Source: Ancylonema sp.
Lineage: Eukaryota
DNA: 20,000 nucleotides
Assembly (NCBI GenBank): GCA_050230475.1
Contig: JBFLGF010000225.1
Location: forward strand, 49,865-69,864
Reading direction: 5' to 3'
Shown piece after piece: positions 19,921 through 20,000 of the stretch. The first letter of the stretch is position 1, and every line of letters begins with the position of its first letter. The position numbers and the translations under genes are program-made. Below the pieces are notes generated by a model. It was not told the DNA's origin, did not search any database, and was given only the letters and a program-made list of their open reading frames with translations.

Positions 19921-20000
19921 CTAGACAATGGATGTACACTCGAGTGTGAGAGAGAGAGAGGAGGAGTCGAGGGAGGTACTCTGTGGGCAGTGTAGCAGTC

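Overview
Eukaryotic, intron-rich nuclear DNA in the standard genetic code (homologous stops fall on TAG, TGA and TAA). The proteins look most like green-plant homologues, probably a green alga; that assignment is inference. By manual splicing the window holds: (1) the 3' end of an F-box-like gene (+, 1-772); (2) a complete 5-exon DCC1 cohesion gene (+, 2755-5549); (3) a SET/MYND (SMYD, ASHR1-like) methyltransferase gene (-, 13330-6834) with 13 visible exons and one expected exon lost in an assembly gap; (4) a divergent 6-exon degenerate DEAD-box-like gene (+, 14223-18752); and possibly (5) the last exon of another minus-strand gene. Most of the supplied ORFs are intronic or antisense noise. 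The most interesting signals concern splicing in the SMYD gene: a U12-type (minor spliceosome) intron, a GC-AG intron carrying a TTTTAGGG telomere-like array, an in-frame 42-bp triplication of a whole 3' splice site, and a perfect hairpin whose loop is an exon junction. Across the window, unrelated short tandem repeats (mostly 8 bp) sit just upstream of 3' splice sites. A 720-bp duplicate bounded by single Ns is probably an assembly artefact. No tRNA, rRNA, CRISPR or transposase was recognised. All family calls come from motif recognition, not from database searches.
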